Positions 1 to 12,496 are shown, numbered from the stretch's first letter. The stretch: 64,000 bases of DNA from Escherichia coli (GCF_003334815.1 NZ_QOWO01000016.1); one strand, 5' to 3'. Made by a program: numbers and translations. Notes: a model not told the origin generated them from the sequence alone.

Positions 1-1
1 A

Positions 2-223
2 AAAAATCGGCTCAAACATGAAGAAATGAAATGACTGAGTCAGCCGAGAAGAATTTCCCCGCTTATTCGCACCTTCCCTAAAGTCGGTCGACTGATGGCG
101 GAAGGGAAAATCACTGCTGACATGATGTTAACCCATCGCTATCCGTTCGCCACGCTGGCAGAAACCTACGAGCGCGATGTGATTAACAATCGTGATTTGA
201 TTAAGGGTGTAATTACTTTCTGA
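2..223 (+). CDS. 3' end of an upstream gene (possibly the yjjN/lgoD-like dehydrogenase that precedes opgB in E. coli)
   Basis: Open frame running from the window edge to TGA at 221..223, followed by a GC hairpin and T-run at about 250..290. Identity is inferred from synteny only. Confidence 0.35.
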
Positions 224-359
224 TAAGGCGAGATTATTAAAGTTGCCATGCAGCGTCCGGGGAAGTGTTGGGCGCTGTTTTTTTGTTTCTTAATAATGTG
301 TTGTAAGCCGTAGAAGGTGTGTAGGTCGCACCTTATGCGACCTACACATCAGTCAGGAA

Positions 360-2651
360 TTACCCTTCACGTTCTACCACTTTAATTTCCACCATGCCGA
401 TCCCGAGCTTACGCGGCGAGTGTCCGAGGATATTCCCTTCGTTGGTTGAGACAGGTTCCGGCGGCACAATTACCAGTGTGTCGGCATCGGTTGGGTTATC
501 GAAATGCAGTGTGGTGGTGGTCACTTCATTGCCCAGCACAAGAGTTTGTTCTTCATTGCCTACGCGTACCGGAATAGGACGGCTGGCGTTATTGCCGTAT
601 GCTTTGGCGGTAATCACCAGGTCAAATTTCTTCGGCAGCGGATGCTTGTACTCGATTTTTACTTCATCGCCCAGCTGCGCGTTGGACCAGCGGCCCCACG
701 ACTCCGGACGGGAAATCCCGCTAAACTGTTTCACCTCTTCTGGCGCACCGGCGACGTTAAAGATGAAACTGTCGGCTTTGTAGCGAATATCGTTATCAAC
801 AATCTTCAGCGTATCGACATTGCCTTTGTAACGCGCCATGTCGATGACCGTATCTTTAAATGCCGTTTTGCCCTTCCATGTTGTTTTGTCAACATGCTGA
901 ACAATTTGCTGACCGCCAAGCTGCCCCTGCGAGACACACCAGTCGGTGGAAAGTGCCAGTTCCGGAGCCCAGAGTTGTGCCATCTTGTAGCAACGGTCAA
1001 CCCAGACGAAATTGTCGCGTGGAGCGAAATCGGCCAGCTGGAAACGCAGCGGTGCTGAGTATTCGCTTTCCGGCAGCGGTTCCACGCGTTTGTCTGAAAC
1101 CCGCAACAGCAGCGGCAAACGGAAATGGCTACCCGAGAAGGCAATCATGTTTTTCTGCTGGTCGATGGTGAACTCTTTCATCTCTTTAGGGAATTTCCAC
1201 AGGCGGATGATATCTGGCTTCCACGCCAATGTTTTCTCTTTGATATTGAGGAAGATTTCCGACATCGACTGCCCGGATAAACTGCTACGACCAAGTCCGA
1301 GATAGTTATCGCCACCGAGAATGTCCAGCACCGTCGCGCCGTTATCCATCGTGTTACGCTTCACTGCCAGCGTCTCTTGCTGCGGCTTGTCGCCACGAAT
1401 GACAAAAAACAGGTTATTGCGATCCTGCTTATTGAGGTATTTCCACGCCGTGTTGTTCATCGCTAAATGGTCAGAAGAGACGACGATGACGGTATCTTTA
1501 AACCACGGTGATGCTTTGATTTTGTTGATAAACGTCGCGATGTTCTCCTGGCTGCAACTTACCGCGCTGAATGACTGATTAGGCTTACCGTCAAAATCAT
1601 ATTTTTTGCGGTTACAGGTGCGCGAGATAAAACCATCCGGGTGATGGGTATCGACCGTCAGGGTAAACAGTGAGAATCGCTGACCTGAGCGGGAAAGCTC
1701 TTCAAACTTTTTCCACGCTTCATCGAGAACGGTATCGTCGTAGAATCCCCAGTCGTTGCGATAGTGCGGGTCGGCCACCACGCTTTTCAGCTCTTCTGAG
1801 CCGTATAAGTGGTCGAAGCCGTGCGATTTCAGGAACACATCTTTACCGGCAAAACGCAGATTCGCGCCCTGCACGAAATAGTTCTGATAACCCGAGTTTT
1901 TCAGGATATCGCCCAGACAGATGTTCTGCGGGAAGAAGCTGGAGACAGAGGCGGAGGCGTTGCCTTCAAAGGGGGCAAACAGCGGTATGCCGCACTGAGA
2001 AGCCACCATGCCCGCAATCGTGTAATCCGTTCCTGGCAGCTGCTGCGTGTGGCTGAAATCCAGGCCTTCATTTTTCAACGCGCCCAGTTCAGGCGTGAGA
2101 TCCGGGAAAGCTTCGTTATCAAAATAGGTTCGCTCGAGACTTTCGCCGTAGATATAAACCAGGTTGAGTTTCGGGTCAGGGATAGTTTTCGACGGCTCTT
2201 TATAATAAGCCGCAAAGTCCGGGTCGCCGTCGCGTGACTGGGATTTCACCAGTTCCGTTATCTGACGAAATGCCGGGCTGGCATCCACTGAACCCAGCGC
2301 CAGTAAGAGCGCCAGCAGGCTGTAACCAAAATGGTGCGGATGATGACGACGACGGCGCAGGATCCAGCCCAGCGCACCGAACACCGCTGTCAGCCCCAGC
2401 ACAATGCCGATACCCGGCAGGATGTATTTGCTGACGCCAGCACCGGTCAGGCTGTTGGTTAAGGTATAGAGAACCGCGTCGTTAATACCATCGCCAGTAA
2501 AATAGTCGCTGGCAAACAGGGTGATATTTAAAACGACAAATAGCCCCAGCACCGTTAATGTGGCTGCAAACCACCAGGTGTTACGTCCCGCTTTCCATGC
2601 GTAAATCAGCACAGAGGCGAGAAAAAGGGCGAAAGAGAGTAGTTCTGACAA
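360..2651 (-). CDS. opgB: Phosphoglycerol transferase I (OPG biosynthesis)
   Basis: 763 aa ORF with N-terminal transmembrane segments and a sulfatase-like domain; conserved position before yjjA-dnaC-dnaT. Confidence 0.85.
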   Translation of the reverse strand: MSELLSFALFLASVLIYAWKAGRNTWWFAATLTVLGLFVVLNITLFASDYFTGDGINDAVLYTLTNSLTGAGVSKYILPGIGIVLGLTAVFGALGWILRRRRHHPHHFGYSLLALLLALGSVDASPAFRQITELVKSQSRDGDPDFAAYYKEPSKTIPDPKLNLVYIYGESLERTYFDNEAFPDLTPELGALKNEGLDFSHTQQLPGTDYTIAGMVASQCGIPLFAPFEGNASASVSSFFPQNICLGDILKNSGYQNYFVQGANLRFAGKDVFLKSHGFDHLYGSEELKSVVADPHYRNDWGFYDDTVLDEAWKKFEELSRSGQRFSLFTLTVDTHHPDGFISRTCNRKKYDFDGKPNQSFSAVSCSQENIATFINKIKASPWFKDTVIVVSSDHLAMNNTAWKYLNKQDRNNLFFVIRGDKPQQETLAVKRNTMDNGATVLDILGGDNYLGLGRSSLSGQSMSEIFLNIKEKTLAWKPDIIRLWKFPKEMKEFTIDQQKNMIAFSGSHFRLPLLLRVSDKRVEPLPESEYSAPLRFQLADFAPRDNFVWVDRCYKMAQLWAPELALSTDWCVSQGQLGGQQIVQHVDKTTWKGKTAFKDTVIDMARYKGNVDTLKIVDNDIRYKADSFIFNVAGAPEEVKQFSGISRPESWGRWSNAQLGDEVKIEYKHPLPKKFDLVITAKAYGNNASRPIPVRVGNEEQTLVLGNEVTTTTLHFDNPTDADTLVIVPPEPVSTNEGNILGHSPRKLGIGMVEIKVVEREG

Positions 2652-2904
2652 CGGGCGATCCTCACTAAACCGGGCCGTTTAGCCAACGTTTAAGCTTTTT
2701 GAGAAGCACAATGTAATGGCGTCGCCATATTGCTGCAATTCTAGTGTCAAAAAAATGCGATGTTGTTAGGAATTAGTTTATAAACAGACTTTTTTGATCG
2801 CGGTCGCTTCCCGTGTAACAGGGGGAAAACCGTCCAGGAGCAGGGAAAAGGGCAGGAGAGAGCCGCGTCAGCCGGGTAACAGCTAAAACGCGGCGTTTCG
2901 CGGT

Positions 2905-3402
2905 TCAGGAAATGAAGTTCAGCCCCTGCTTTAACACCAGATCGCAGGCTTTGGTTTTCACCTTTTCTGCCAGCGGAGTCGTTCCGATGTTATCCAGATT
3001 GAGTTGCTGACCATCTTTGGTTTTCAGCAAACCCTGAATACCGTCCAGATAGTTGGTGTCTTCTTTTTGCTCTTCACTGTTCAGGCCCAGCTTTTCCAGC
3101 ACCTGATTCTTGATGTTTTCGGCATCGGTTACCGAAGCCAGCTTTTGCTTCGCGCAGTATTGCAGAATGCCTGCGGCGTTGTTCATGTTATCTGCGCTTA
3201 AGGCCTGGTTCCCGCTGCTAAGCAAGTTAGTTAATGACGCGAGCGACCAACCGCCTTCCTGTGTCGTGCTGTTTTGGTTGCCAAGTTCGCTGGCGGCGCT
3301 GGAGAGCGCATCTTTCCAGGACGCAGCATGCACCCCGGTGGAAATTAATGCGCTGGCGGCAATGGCACAGCACAGAAGATGTTTAACAGTTTTCATCATC
3401 AT
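2905..3402 (-). CDS. yjjA: Secreted protein YjjA (DUF2501)
   Basis: 165 aa ORF with an N-terminal signal peptide (ending VHAAS); synteny next to dnaC. Confidence 0.6.
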   Translation of the reverse strand: MMMKTVKHLLCCAIAASALISTGVHAASWKDALSSAASELGNQNSTTQEGGWSLASLTNLLSSGNQALSADNMNNAAGILQYCAKQKLASVTDAENIKNQVLEKLGLNSEEQKEDTNYLDGIQGLLKTKDGQQLNLDNIGTTPLAEKVKTKACDLVLKQGLNFIS

Positions 3403-3447
3403 TACTCAAGGTGGAATTGTGTCGCAGTATACCGCCAGAAACGGGGA

Positions 3448-4185
3448 TTAATACTCTTTACCTGTTACACGGCTACGGTAGCTATCCCAGTTGAAGATCA
3501 CCCACAAACTGTTACCCAGGCGCATACGGTCCATCACGCGTTCGCCCAGCAACTTGGTCATCTCTTCCATATTACTGTTGGTCAGCATCCCGGTTGGGCG
3601 TTTGGAAGAAGAGCGGCGATCGACGATCTGGTTGATGATCACTTTTTCGTATTTCGATTCGGTCTGCACGCCGATCTCATCGATCACCAGCAGATCAACG
3701 TTGCTCAGATCGTTAAGCAGTTGTTCTTCGCTGGTACCGCTATTCCTGAAGGTATCTTTCATCGCCGACATAATATCGGCCACGGTGATGATCAATACGG
3801 ATTTACCGCGTAGCAGCAGCTCGTTGCAGATTGCCGCCGCCAGATGGTTTTTGCCGGTTCCTGGCTTACCAGAAAAGATGAAGCTGGCGATGTTGCCGTC
3901 AAACTCTTCGACATACTGGCGCGCTTTGCTTAACGCATTCATCTGCCCTTCACACTCAACGCGATAGTTCTCAAAGGAGCAGTTCTGATGCAGTGGACGA
4001 ATACCGGAGCGGTTAAAGGTGCGCTGCATTTTCATCGCCCGATTTTCACGTTCGAGAGCGGCGGAGCGGATCGCCCCTTGTTCTTTCTGCCAGGCCAGTA
4101 GTTCTTCACCCGTTTTAAACGCAGGTTTGATATGGGCAGGCATCATTTTTTGCAGGCGTTGCATCAGGTCGCCAACGTTTTTCAT
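3448..4185 (-). CDS. dnaC: DNA replication helicase loader DnaC
   Basis: 245 aa; Walker A motif GKPGTGKNH; IstB-like AAA+ fold; sits directly upstream of dnaT. Confidence 0.9.
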   Translation of the reverse strand: MKNVGDLMQRLQKMMPAHIKPAFKTGEELLAWQKEQGAIRSAALERENRAMKMQRTFNRSGIRPLHQNCSFENYRVECEGQMNALSKARQYVEEFDGNIASFIFSGKPGTGKNHLAAAICNELLLRGKSVLIITVADIMSAMKDTFRNSGTSEEQLLNDLSNVDLLVIDEIGVQTESKYEKVIINQIVDRRSSSKRPTGMLTNSNMEEMTKLLGERVMDRMRLGNSLWVIFNWDSYRSRVTGKEY

Positions 4186-4187
4186 CG

Positions 4188-4727
4188 TTACCCTCTGAAT
4201 CCTGGTGGAATTTGGCTGTCAGGTTCGCTGACCGTATTCACATCTCGTTTCGGCAGTCCGCCGTTGCTGGCACGGCCGATTTGCAGGCTGCGCGCCAGTT
4301 TTTGTTGCCACTGTACATGGTGAAAGACTTTACCTTCCGCCTGCCAGTAGGCAATGAATGAGGCCAGTTCTTCGGTGGTCACCGGCTCTCTTAGCGCCAC
4401 GCCCCATAGCGCCGCCAGGCGGATAAAGTCGGCATCGGGTTGCCAGTCCGGATACATGGCGAATTTCCCCATGGGTACAGCAACGGGAGCGGCTTGCGGT
4501 TCCTGATAGAGTTGATCGTCCAGAGCGACATCGCTTCCCGGACGCGCCAGCTTTTCTTCCAGCGCCAGCAGTTCAGCCAGGCGTGCAGGCGTGACGGCAT
4601 AAAACGCCGGGGCATTGTTAGCAAATACGGCAACCACACCGCCTTCAGCTTTTGCCAGAACGGTTTGGTGATCGTGTACCAGGGCGTCAATACCAACGAC
4701 GTCCGGGGTCAAAACTCTGGAAGACAT
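4188..4727 (-). CDS. dnaT: Primosomal protein DnaT
   Basis: About 179 aa from the MSSRVLT start; C-terminus ends SQIPPGFRG; forms an operon with dnaC. Confidence 0.8.
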
Positions 4728-4834
4728 ACTGTTTCTCAAATATGGAACGATGAACGAGAAGGGAGATAACTTTTATAGTAACACATGGAGGAGAGGAGGC
4801 TGTCTCTCATCCGTGTGCTTTAAGCGAGGCAATT

Positions 4835-5308
4835 TTATACGCGAGGGCGCTTGCGGTACAACCATAATCCAGGAATGGAAAGACCGATGGATAACGCACC
4901 AACAATCGATGAAGCTGTAAGAAAGTTGGTTAACAGGGTAATCATCAATGACTCGCTGTAACCTAACTGGCTGATTTTTACCGCCGAAATCATTGCGGTA
5001 TAAGCCGATATGCCAGGGAACATAGGGATAACGGCCGCCACGGTAAACACTTTCGGATGCGCCAGATACCAGCGCGACCATTGAATACCAATGGTGCCGA
5101 CCAGCATAGAAGCCATAAAAGTTGACCACTCAATATTCAGCCCGCTGGTCATTAAGATCATTCGTGAACCATGACCAATCGCGCCAAGCAGCGCACACCA
5201 GCGTAACGCCCGAACGGGAACGTTGAACACCATCGCAAAGCCGACCGCTGGAATGGCGGCGAGGATCATATCCTGCGCCAATGTAAACAGAAACTCGATC
5301 ACACCCAT
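4835..5308 (-). CDS. yjjB: Inner membrane protein YjjB (ThrE-family C-terminal half)
   Basis: Hydrophobic ~157 aa ORF, immediately downstream of and overlapping yjjP. Confidence 0.65.
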   Translation of the reverse strand: MGVIEFLFTLAQDMILAAIPAVGFAMVFNVPVRALRWCALLGAIGHGSRMILMTSGLNIEWSTFMASMLVGTIGIQWSRWYLAHPKVFTVAAVIPMFPGISAYTAMISAVKISQLGYSESLMITLLTNFLTASSIVGALSIGLSIPGLWLYRKRPRV

Positions 5309-6069
5309 CCGCGTAGCCCCCAAATCGTCAGTGCCATCACCACGCCGACGCAGGTAGCCAGTGTCAGCAGACTGGCGATCGCCCAGCGTGCCAGTCCGGT
5401 ATTGATGTGGCCTTTAAACATATCGGCGACGGCATTAATCAACGGAAAGCCCGGCACCAGCAGCAGAACGCTGGCGGCCATCGCGATGGTGGGGGTATTG
5501 CTGAAAGTAGGGAGTTGCAAAAGCAATCCGGAAATGGTGGTGGCGGCGAAAGCGGTAAGGCAAAAGTTGATCTGTGGATGAAGATGACGTTGTGCCAGCA
5601 GCTGGCGGATATACATCGCGGCCGTACTGGCAAAGAAGGTGATGACGGCACCATCCCAGCCACCTTTATTGAGTTTACAGAAACAGGCGCAGGAAAGGCC
5701 AACCATTAAGGCTACCAGCCATCTTGGGTAACGTAATGGCTGAATTTGGCTAAATCGTTTCTCTACGCCTTTGTAATCCAGCAGATGGTGCTCCGCCAGA
5801 ATCACAATGTGCTGGACTTCAGTCACCACATGCATATTAATGCCGCGATCTTGATTTTTACGTGTCGATGTCAGGCATTGCCCATCTTTAATGGTTGTCA
5901 GCACTATGGCGTTCGAAGAGATAGAACTTTCGACGCTGTCCATCCCCAACGCCCGACCCAGTCGTGAGGAAAGCTCATCAACCAACGCGCTTTCCGCACC
6001 ATGTTGCAAAAGAAATAATCCACACTGGATACAAAGCCGTGTTACGGCTCGCTGTTGCTCAGTTTGCAT
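5299..6069 (-). CDS. yjjP: Inner membrane protein YjjP (ThrE-family)
   Basis: Multi-pass membrane ORF; the likely start is an internal Met of the 277 aa frame; conserved synteny. Confidence 0.65.
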   Translation of the reverse strand: MQTEQQRAVTRLCIQCGLFLLQHGAESALVDELSSRLGRALGMDSVESSISSNAIVLTTIKDGQCLTSTRKNQDRGINMHVVTEVQHIVILAEHHLLDYKGVEKRFSQIQPLRYPRWLVALMVGLSCACFCKLNKGGWDGAVITFFASTAAMYIRQLLAQRHLHPQINFCLTAFAATTISGLLLQLPTFSNTPTIAMAASVLLLVPGFPLINAVADMFKGHINTGLARWAIASLLTLATCVGVVMALTIWGLRGWV

Positions 6070-6687
6070 AACTCGCCCTTTGTCATAGACGTGCTGCGTA
6101 TTGTTCAGATAATGAGAATCCATTTGTATCATGAAGCACGGTAGTTTTGCGGTAGGTTAAGATCAAAATTGCGCTGATTAATCCTGGTTATCGGGACAAG
6201 CTCGGTGATAAAAAGGGAATTATCTCTCGCCGCAAACAAATTATCACATGAATATTATCACTATAATGAATTTATTCTTTAGCCTTTACGAATCAGGATA
6301 AAAGATAACTGGGCGCGTTTTTTAATTTTTACAAGTTAAAACTATCAGATTTTATTGAACAAATATTGATTGTGTGATTTTGCATTCTGCGGGAAGGGAT
6401 ATCAGTTAATTATAAATTAAATGAATGAGAACTCTGTTTTTCATTAAGTATTTCTAACAACTTAATGTAGATATTTTAAATGTCTCCAGGCTATTTCAAC
6501 AGGTTATCATTTGATGCTAACCTTCTGACACATGCTGTGGAGTTGTTGTGCAGCAGGAGTATGCTGATATGAAAGTGAATGCTAAGGATAATTTATTCGC
6601 TTAATCTATTAATTTGCTGGAAACATTTAAGGAATGAATATCCTGAATAAACCATCATGATTTTTAGACAGTGGATGTGGAGGAAAT

Positions 6688-7413
6688 ATGTTGCCAGGAT
6701 GCTGCAAAAATGGAATTGTTATCAGTAAAATACCTGTTATGCAAGCAGGGTTAAAAGAGGTCATGAGGACTCACTTCCCTGAATATGAAATAATATCCAG
6801 CGCCTCTGCGGAGGACCTTACCTTATTACAATTACGTCGTTCCGGATTAGTCATTGCTGATTTAGCCGGTGAAAGTGAAGATCCACGTTCTGTTTGTGAA
6901 CATTATTATTCTTTAATCTCACAATATCGGGAAATTCACTGGGTTTTCATGGTGTCACGCTCCTGGTATTCCCAGGCAGTAGAACTGCTCATGTGCCCTA
7001 CGGCGACGTTATTGTCTGATGTTGAACCCATTGAGAATCTGGTCAAGACCGTACGTTCCGGCAATACGCACGCAGAGCGTATCAGCGCCATGCTGACCTC
7101 TCCGGCAATGACTGAAACTCATGATTTTAGCTATCGCTCCGTCATTCTCACTCTTTCAGAGCGCAAGGTACTGCGGCTATTAGGTAAAGGATGGGGCATC
7201 AACCAGATAGCTTCATTGCTTAAGAAAAGTAATAAAACTATCAGCGCCCAAAAAAACAGTGCGATGCGTCGACTGGCAATTCACAGCAACGCTGAAATGT
7301 ATGCATGGATAAATAGCGCGCAGGGTGCAAGAGAACTTAACTTGCCTTCTGTTTATGGAGATGCCGCAGAATGGAACACAGCCGAATTAAGAAGAGAAAT
7401 GTCGCACTCATAG
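6688..7413 (+). CDS. yjjQ: LuxR-family transcriptional regulator YjjQ
   Basis: 241 aa with a C-terminal LuxR/FixJ-type HTH; AT-rich upstream region; overlaps bglJ. Confidence 0.75.
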
Positions 7414-8048
7414 AAAAATGCGTCATGAGCAGTATCGGTATTGAGAGTTTATTCAGAAAGTTTGCAGGTAACCCTTATAAGCTCCATACCTATACCAGTC
7501 AGGAGTCATTTCAGGATGCCATGTCGCGGATCTCGTTTGCGGCGGTCATTTTTTCTTTTTCTGCCATGAGAAGTGAACGCAGAGAGGGATTATCTTGCCT
7601 GACTGAACTGGCGATTAAGTTTCCGCGTACCCGACGTTTAGTTATTGCGGATGATGATATTGAAGCTCGGCTGATCGGTTCATTGTCGCCATCACCGCTG
7701 GACGGTGTATTAAGTAAAGCGTCAACGCTGGAGATTTTTCATCAGGAACTCTTTTTGTCATTAAATGGTGTACGTCAGGCGACCGACCGACTGAACAATC
7801 AGTGGTACATTAACCAAAGCCGGACGCTAAGCCCGACGGAGAGAGAAATATTGCGCTTTATGTCGCGTGGCTACTCAATGACACAAATTGCCGAGCAGCT
7901 TAAACGCAATATTAAAACGATCCGTGCACATAAATTTAATGTGATGTCGAAACTGGGCGTCAGTTCTGATGCAGGGTTGTTGGAGGCCGCAGATATTCTG
8001 TTATGTATGCGGCATTGCGAAGCAAGTAATGTGTTGCATCCCTATTAA
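7371..8048 (+). CDS. bglJ: LuxR-family transcriptional activator BglJ
   Basis: 225 aa with a C-terminal LuxR-type HTH ([27 protein letters not shown]); operonic with yjjQ. Confidence 0.75.
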
Positions 8049-8085
8049 TTTGCATGATGCCGGGTTTACTTCCCCGGCAGTGCTT

Positions 8086-8874
8086 TCATTTCAGCGTACA
8101 ATCGCCACATTGCTGCACATCCGGTAAGCGATAACGCTGGCAGCAAGTGCGGCGCACCAGCAGGCCGTCGCGCAGCACCACGGTACGCCAGAGTGGATTA
8201 TCTTCACCGTTCGTGAGCGTTTTCTCAAAAAAGAGGGCATGGCGCAGCGATTCAACCGTCGCCTCGCCGAGCAGCTGTTTCATCTCAGTCAGATACCAGT
8301 TGATCAAATAACCGGTATTGCTCCAGATAAGTTTACCGTTAATCTCTCCCGTTGCTTCTAGTGCCTGCACAACCGGAACAAGCGCCTGGCTGATTAACGT
8401 TTCCATTCGCTGCTGCGGCGAATGTAGTGTTGCGTTTTTATCTTCACACACATCGACCCAGAAACAGGCGGCGCGTCCGGTTTCGTGAAACTCAACGTGG
8501 AAATGTTCCGGCGTCACATCTAATGCTTTTTCCTGCGTCAGCAGCGCCAGCATTAATGGTGGCACCATCAGGCCGATATACCATTGTGCCCACAGTGAGA
8601 TCAGCGGCTTGTTCTCGCGGATCATCGTTGGTTGGTTGCGGTAGATATGATCGGAATAGACCGCCAGTAGGGAACTTAGCGTATTCGGTGATGACCATTG
8701 CGCCAGCGTCATGGCGCGAAGCGGGGCGGGTTCATCCAGACGGATAAACTCCAGCAAATGTTCACGATGTTCGGCGATCGTCGCACGTACGGCTTGTGCA
8801 AGCCCAGCATCCTGTGGCTGGAGATGCGTTCGCCAGATGATATCTTCATAGAGCGGTGCGGAACGATAGGCCAT
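8086..8874 (-). CDS. fhuF: Ferric-siderophore reductase FhuF
   Basis: 262 aa with the unusual C-terminal 2Fe-2S cysteine motif CC-x10-C-x2-C (RRTCCQRYRLPDVQQCGDCTLK). Confidence 0.8.
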   Translation of the reverse strand: MAYRSAPLYEDIIWRTHLQPQDAGLAQAVRATIAEHREHLLEFIRLDEPAPLRAMTLAQWSSPNTLSSLLAVYSDHIYRNQPTMIRENKPLISLWAQWYIGLMVPPLMLALLTQEKALDVTPEHFHVEFHETGRAACFWVDVCEDKNATLHSPQQRMETLISQALVPVVQALEATGEINGKLIWSNTGYLINWYLTEMKQLLGEATVESLRHALFFEKTLTNGEDNPLWRTVVLRDGLLVRRTCCQRYRLPDVQQCGDCTLK

Positions 8875-8889
8875 AATCGGGATAGTAAT

Positions 8890-9000
8890 CTAAATGATAA
8901 TGATTGCTAATCCTAGCGATAGGTTTACCCGATAGCAAGGGATTTCTCTGGCTTGCAAATGATAAAAATTATCATATGATATTGGTTATCATTATCAATG
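8890..9000. promoter_or_regulatory. Divergent fhuF/yjjZ promoter region with Fur-box-like sites
   Basis: Three elements resembling the Fur consensus GATAATGATAATCATTATC: AATGATAATGATTGC, TGATAAAAATTATCA and GGTTATCATTATCAATG. Confidence 0.45.
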
Positions 9001-9014
9001 AAAGAGATGAAACC

Positions 9015-9251
9015 ATGTTGCAACGTATGCTGGGCAGTGGCTGGGGAGTGTTGCTGCCGGGATTGCTGATTGCAGGGCTGATGTATGCGGATTTATCGCC
9101 GGATCAGTGGCGGATTGTCATTCTGATGGGATTAGTATTGACGCCTGTGATGCTGTATCACAAACAGTTGCGGCATTACATTTTGCTACCATCGTGCCTG
9201 GCGCTTATTGCTGGCATCATGCTGATGATAGTGAATTTGAATCAGGGATGA
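9015..9251 (+). CDS. yjjZ: Small membrane protein YjjZ
   Basis: About 78 aa hydrophobic ORF from the internal Met (MLQRMLGSGWGVLLPG...), divergent from fhuF. Confidence 0.5.
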   Translation: MLQRMLGSGWGVLLPGLLIAGLMYADLSPDQWRIVILMGLVLTPVMLYHKQLRHYILLPSCLALIAGIMLMIVNLNQG

Positions 9252-9289
9252 CAAAACAGGGAAGAAACAAGAAAGGAAGTAAAGATAAT

Positions 9290-9376
9290 TGGTGCGAGGG
9301 GGGGGACTTGAACCCCCACGTCCGTAAGGACACTAACACCTGAAGCTAGCGCGTCTACCAATTCCGCCACCTTCGC
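9290..9376 (-). tRNA. tRNA-Leu (anticodon CAG)
   Basis: Reverse complement reads GCGAAGGTGGCGGAATTGGTAGACGCGCTAGCTTCAGGTGTTAGTGTCCTTACGGACGTGGGGGTTCAAGTCCCCCCCCTCGCACCA: a long-variable-arm cloverleaf with CAG anticodon and encoded CCA. Confidence 0.9.
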
Positions 9377-9480
9377 ATACCATCAATTCTTAAAAAGAAT
9401 TGCTACCACGGAGGCGCATTCTAGTGGTTTTCAGCTTTTCGTCAATAGTTAATTATCGCCGGAGGTGTAATTGCTGGAAA

Positions 9481-9676
<196 letters not shown>

Positions 9677-9680
<4 letters not shown>

Positions 9681-10708
9681 CCTTTCTTCGCCTGGCGGGT
9701 CATAATGGCGCGATACACCTTGAAGCGCCCGGTTTGCGCGATCACTTCATGGAAGCCAAATGTCTCATCCAGCACGTCCGGATAAGGCAGGAAGGCGTTC
9801 GCTACAATTCGCAGCTCGCCGCCGCTGTTAAGGTGACGCACCGCGCCGCGAATCAGCGTTTGCGCCGCATCGAGGCTGGTTTGCATCCCATCGTGGAACG
9901 GCGGGTTGGAGATGATCATATCAAAACGACCTTTCACCTCGGAAAAGACGTTACTGGCAAAGACTTCACCTTCAACACCGTTGGCCGCAAGTGTTGCGCG
10001 GCTGGCTTCTACCGCTGGCGCAGAGACATCGCACAGAGTGAGACGAATTTTCGGTGAATGGCGCGCAAAGGCAACCGAAAGCACGCCCGCGCCGCTGCCG
10101 ACATCCAGCACTTTACCTTTCGTGTGCGGAGTTAACGTCGAGAGCAGCAACTGGCTACCGACATCCAGACCGTCGCGGCTAAACACGCCAGGCAGCGTTT
10201 TGACCGTCAGGCCATCGACGCTGTATTCGCCCCAGAATTTATCGGCATCAAATACCGGCTGTTTTTCCAGACGACCAAAATAGAGGCCACAGCGACGGGC
10301 GCTGTCGACTTTATTCAACGGCGCATAATCTGCCAGCATCTGTTCGGCGCTGCGCACGCCGCTGCGGTTCTCGCCAACGACAAAAATATCCGTCCCCACC
10401 GGCAGCAGAGAAAGTAAATTCATCAACTGGAACTGGGCTTCCGGTTTGTTCTTCGGCCAGTAGTAAATCAAAGTATCGCAATCTGCGACGTCATCCGCCG
10501 TGGCGACCAGACTAAAACGGGCGTTATCACCCATCTGGCGGCTTAACACCTGCCAGTGGTGGAATTGCTGGGTATGAGCACGGCTGGCCGCGGTATCTAA
10601 ACGCGCGGGCAGGTCATCCTGTAAGTCTCCGGCAAAAAGAATACGGCTTTGTTCGAAATCATCACTGTGACGCAGCAAGACTTCACTTGCCGGGGTAAAT
10701 GCAGACAT
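9677..10708 (-). CDS. rsmC: 16S rRNA m2G1207 methyltransferase RsmC
   Basis: 343 aa with a SAM-binding motif ([11 protein letters not shown]) and NPPFH catalytic motif. Confidence 0.85.
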
Positions 10709-10810
10709 GGAATGCTCCTCAATTGATACTGGCGGCGATTATAGCCATATGTTGGCGCGGTATCGACGAATTTGCTATATTTGCGCCCCTGACAACAGGA
10801 GCGATTCGCT

Positions 10811-11224
10811 ATGACATCCCGACGAGACTGGCAGTTACAGCAACTGGGCATTACCCAGTGGTCGCTGCGTCGCCCTGGCGCGTTGCAGGGGGAGATTGCC
10901 ATTGCGATCCCGGCACACGTCCGTCTGGTGATGGTGGCAAACGATCTTCCCGCCCTGACTGATCCTTTAGTGAGCGATGTTCTGCGCGCATTAACCGTCA
11001 GCCCCGATCAAGTGCTGCAACTGACGCCAGAAAAAATCGCGATGCTGCCGCAAGGCAGTCGCTGCAACAGCTGGCGGTTGGGTACTGACGAACCGCTATC
11101 ACTGGAAGGCGCTCAGGTGGCATCACCGGCGCTCACCGAATTACGGGCAAACCCAACGGCACGCGCCGCGTTATGGCAACAAATTTGCACATATGAACAC
11201 GATTTCTTCCCTCGAAACGACTGA
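10811..11224 (+). CDS. holD: DNA polymerase III psi subunit
   Basis: 137 aa; conserved holD-rimI overlap arrangement. Confidence 0.8.
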   Translation: MTSRRDWQLQQLGITQWSLRRPGALQGEIAIAIPAHVRLVMVANDLPALTDPLVSDVLRALTVSPDQVLQLTPEKIAMLPQGSRCNSWRLGTDEPLSLEGAQVASPALTELRANPTARAALWQQICTYEHDFFPRND

Positions 11225-11639
11225 TTTACCAGCGGCTTTCCACATTGAACAACGCGCCCACGCCTTTCCGTGGAGTGAAAAAACCTTTGCCAGCAACCAG
11301 GGCGAGCGTTATCTCAACTTTCAGTTAACGCAAAACGGCAAAATGGCGGCGTTTGCGATTACGCAAGTGGTGCTGGATGAAGCTACATTGTTCAATATTG
11401 CGGTCGATCCCGACTATCAGCGTCAGGGACTGGGAAGGGCGCTGCTGGAACATCTGATCGACGAACTGGAAAAACGCGGCGTGGCGACGCTATGGCTGGA
11501 AGTCCGTGCCTCAAACGCTGCCGCCATTGCACTGTACGAAAGTTTAGGCTTTAACGAGGCGACGATTCGCCGCAATTACTACCCCACCACGGACGGTCGC
11601 GAAGACGCCATCATCATGGCGTTGCCAATCAGTATGTAA
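11193..11639 (+). CDS. rimI: Ribosomal protein S18 alanine N-acetyltransferase
   Basis: 148 aa GNAT fold ([13 protein letters not shown] acetyl-CoA motif). Confidence 0.85.
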   Translation: MNTISSLETTDLPAAFHIEQRAHAFPWSEKTFASNQGERYLNFQLTQNGKMAAFAITQVVLDEATLFNIAVDPDYQRQGLGRALLEHLIDELEKRGVATLWLEVRASNAAAIALYESLGFNEATIRRNYYPTTDGREDAIIMALPISM

Positions 11640-11653
11640 GACAAGGTGGAATA

Positions 11654-12331
11654 ATGAAGTGGGACTGGATTTTCTTTGATGCCGATGAAACGCTGTTTAC
11701 CTTTGACTCATTCACCGGCCTGCAGCGGATGTTTCTTGATTACAGCGTCACCTTTACCGCTGAAGATTTTCAGGACTATCAGGCCGTTAACAAGCCACTG
11801 TGGGTGGATTATCAAAACGGCGCGATCACTTCATTACAGCTTCAGCACGGGCGGTTTGAGAGCTGGGCCGAACGGCTGAACGTCGAGCCGGGTAAACTCA
11901 ACGAAGCCTTTATTAATGCGATGGCGGAAATCTGTACGCCGCTGCCGGGAGCGGTTTCTCTGCTTAACGCCATTCGTGGCAACGCCAAAATCGGCATCAT
12001 CACCAACGGTTTTAGCGCCTTGCAACAGGTGCGTCTGGAACGCACGGGCCTGCGTGATTACTTCGATTTGCTGGTGATTTCCGAAGAAGTTGGCGTTGCT
12101 AAACCGAATAAGAAAATTTTCGATTATGCGCTGGAACAGGCGGGCAATCCTGACCGTTCACGCGTGCTGATGGTTGGCGACACTGCCGAGTCCGATATTC
12201 TCGGTGGCATCAACGCCGGGCTTGCGACCTGCTGGCTGAATGCGCACAATCGCGAGCAACCAGAAGGCATCGCGCCCACCTGGACCGTTTCTTCGTTGCA
12301 CGAACTGGAGCAGCTCCTGTGTAAACACTGA
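11654..12331 (+). CDS. yjjG: HAD-family pyrimidine 5'-nucleotidase YjjG
   Basis: 225 aa with the HAD motif [10 protein letters not shown] at the N-terminus. Confidence 0.8.
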   Translation: MKWDWIFFDADETLFTFDSFTGLQRMFLDYSVTFTAEDFQDYQAVNKPLWVDYQNGAITSLQLQHGRFESWAERLNVEPGKLNEAFINAMAEICTPLPGAVSLLNAIRGNAKIGIITNGFSALQQVRLERTGLRDYFDLLVISEEVGVAKPNKKIFDYALEQAGNPDRSRVLMVGDTAESDILGGINAGLATCWLNAHNREQPEGIAPTWTVSSLHELEQLLCKH

Positions 12332-12421
12332 TTGCCTCCCCCCCGTTGATGGGTAAAATAGCCGCAATTTTTCGTTTTCAACAAGCGCGGCGCGATGCCG
12401 CTTACTCAAGAAGAAAGAATT

Positions 12422-12496
12422 ATGACGTTGTCTCCTTATTTGCAAGAGGTGGCGAAGCGCCGCACTTTTGCCATTATTTCTCACCCCAATAATTAA
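12422..12496 (+). pseudogene. prfC: Displaced native 5' end of prfC (24 codons) left at attL
   Basis: Encodes [22 protein letters not shown] then NN-stop; the first 22 residues match the RF3 N-terminus as I recall it, and the frame breaks exactly at the att core. Confidence 0.7.

Noticed and set aside
394-2434. Many 60-180 aa ORFs on both strands overlapping opgB (e.g. 394..783, 504..1058, 1670..2056, 1809..2237)
   Set aside because: They lie entirely inside a long conserved gene on the opposite strand or in alternative frames, with no start context of their own; typical spurious frames in GC-balanced coding DNA.
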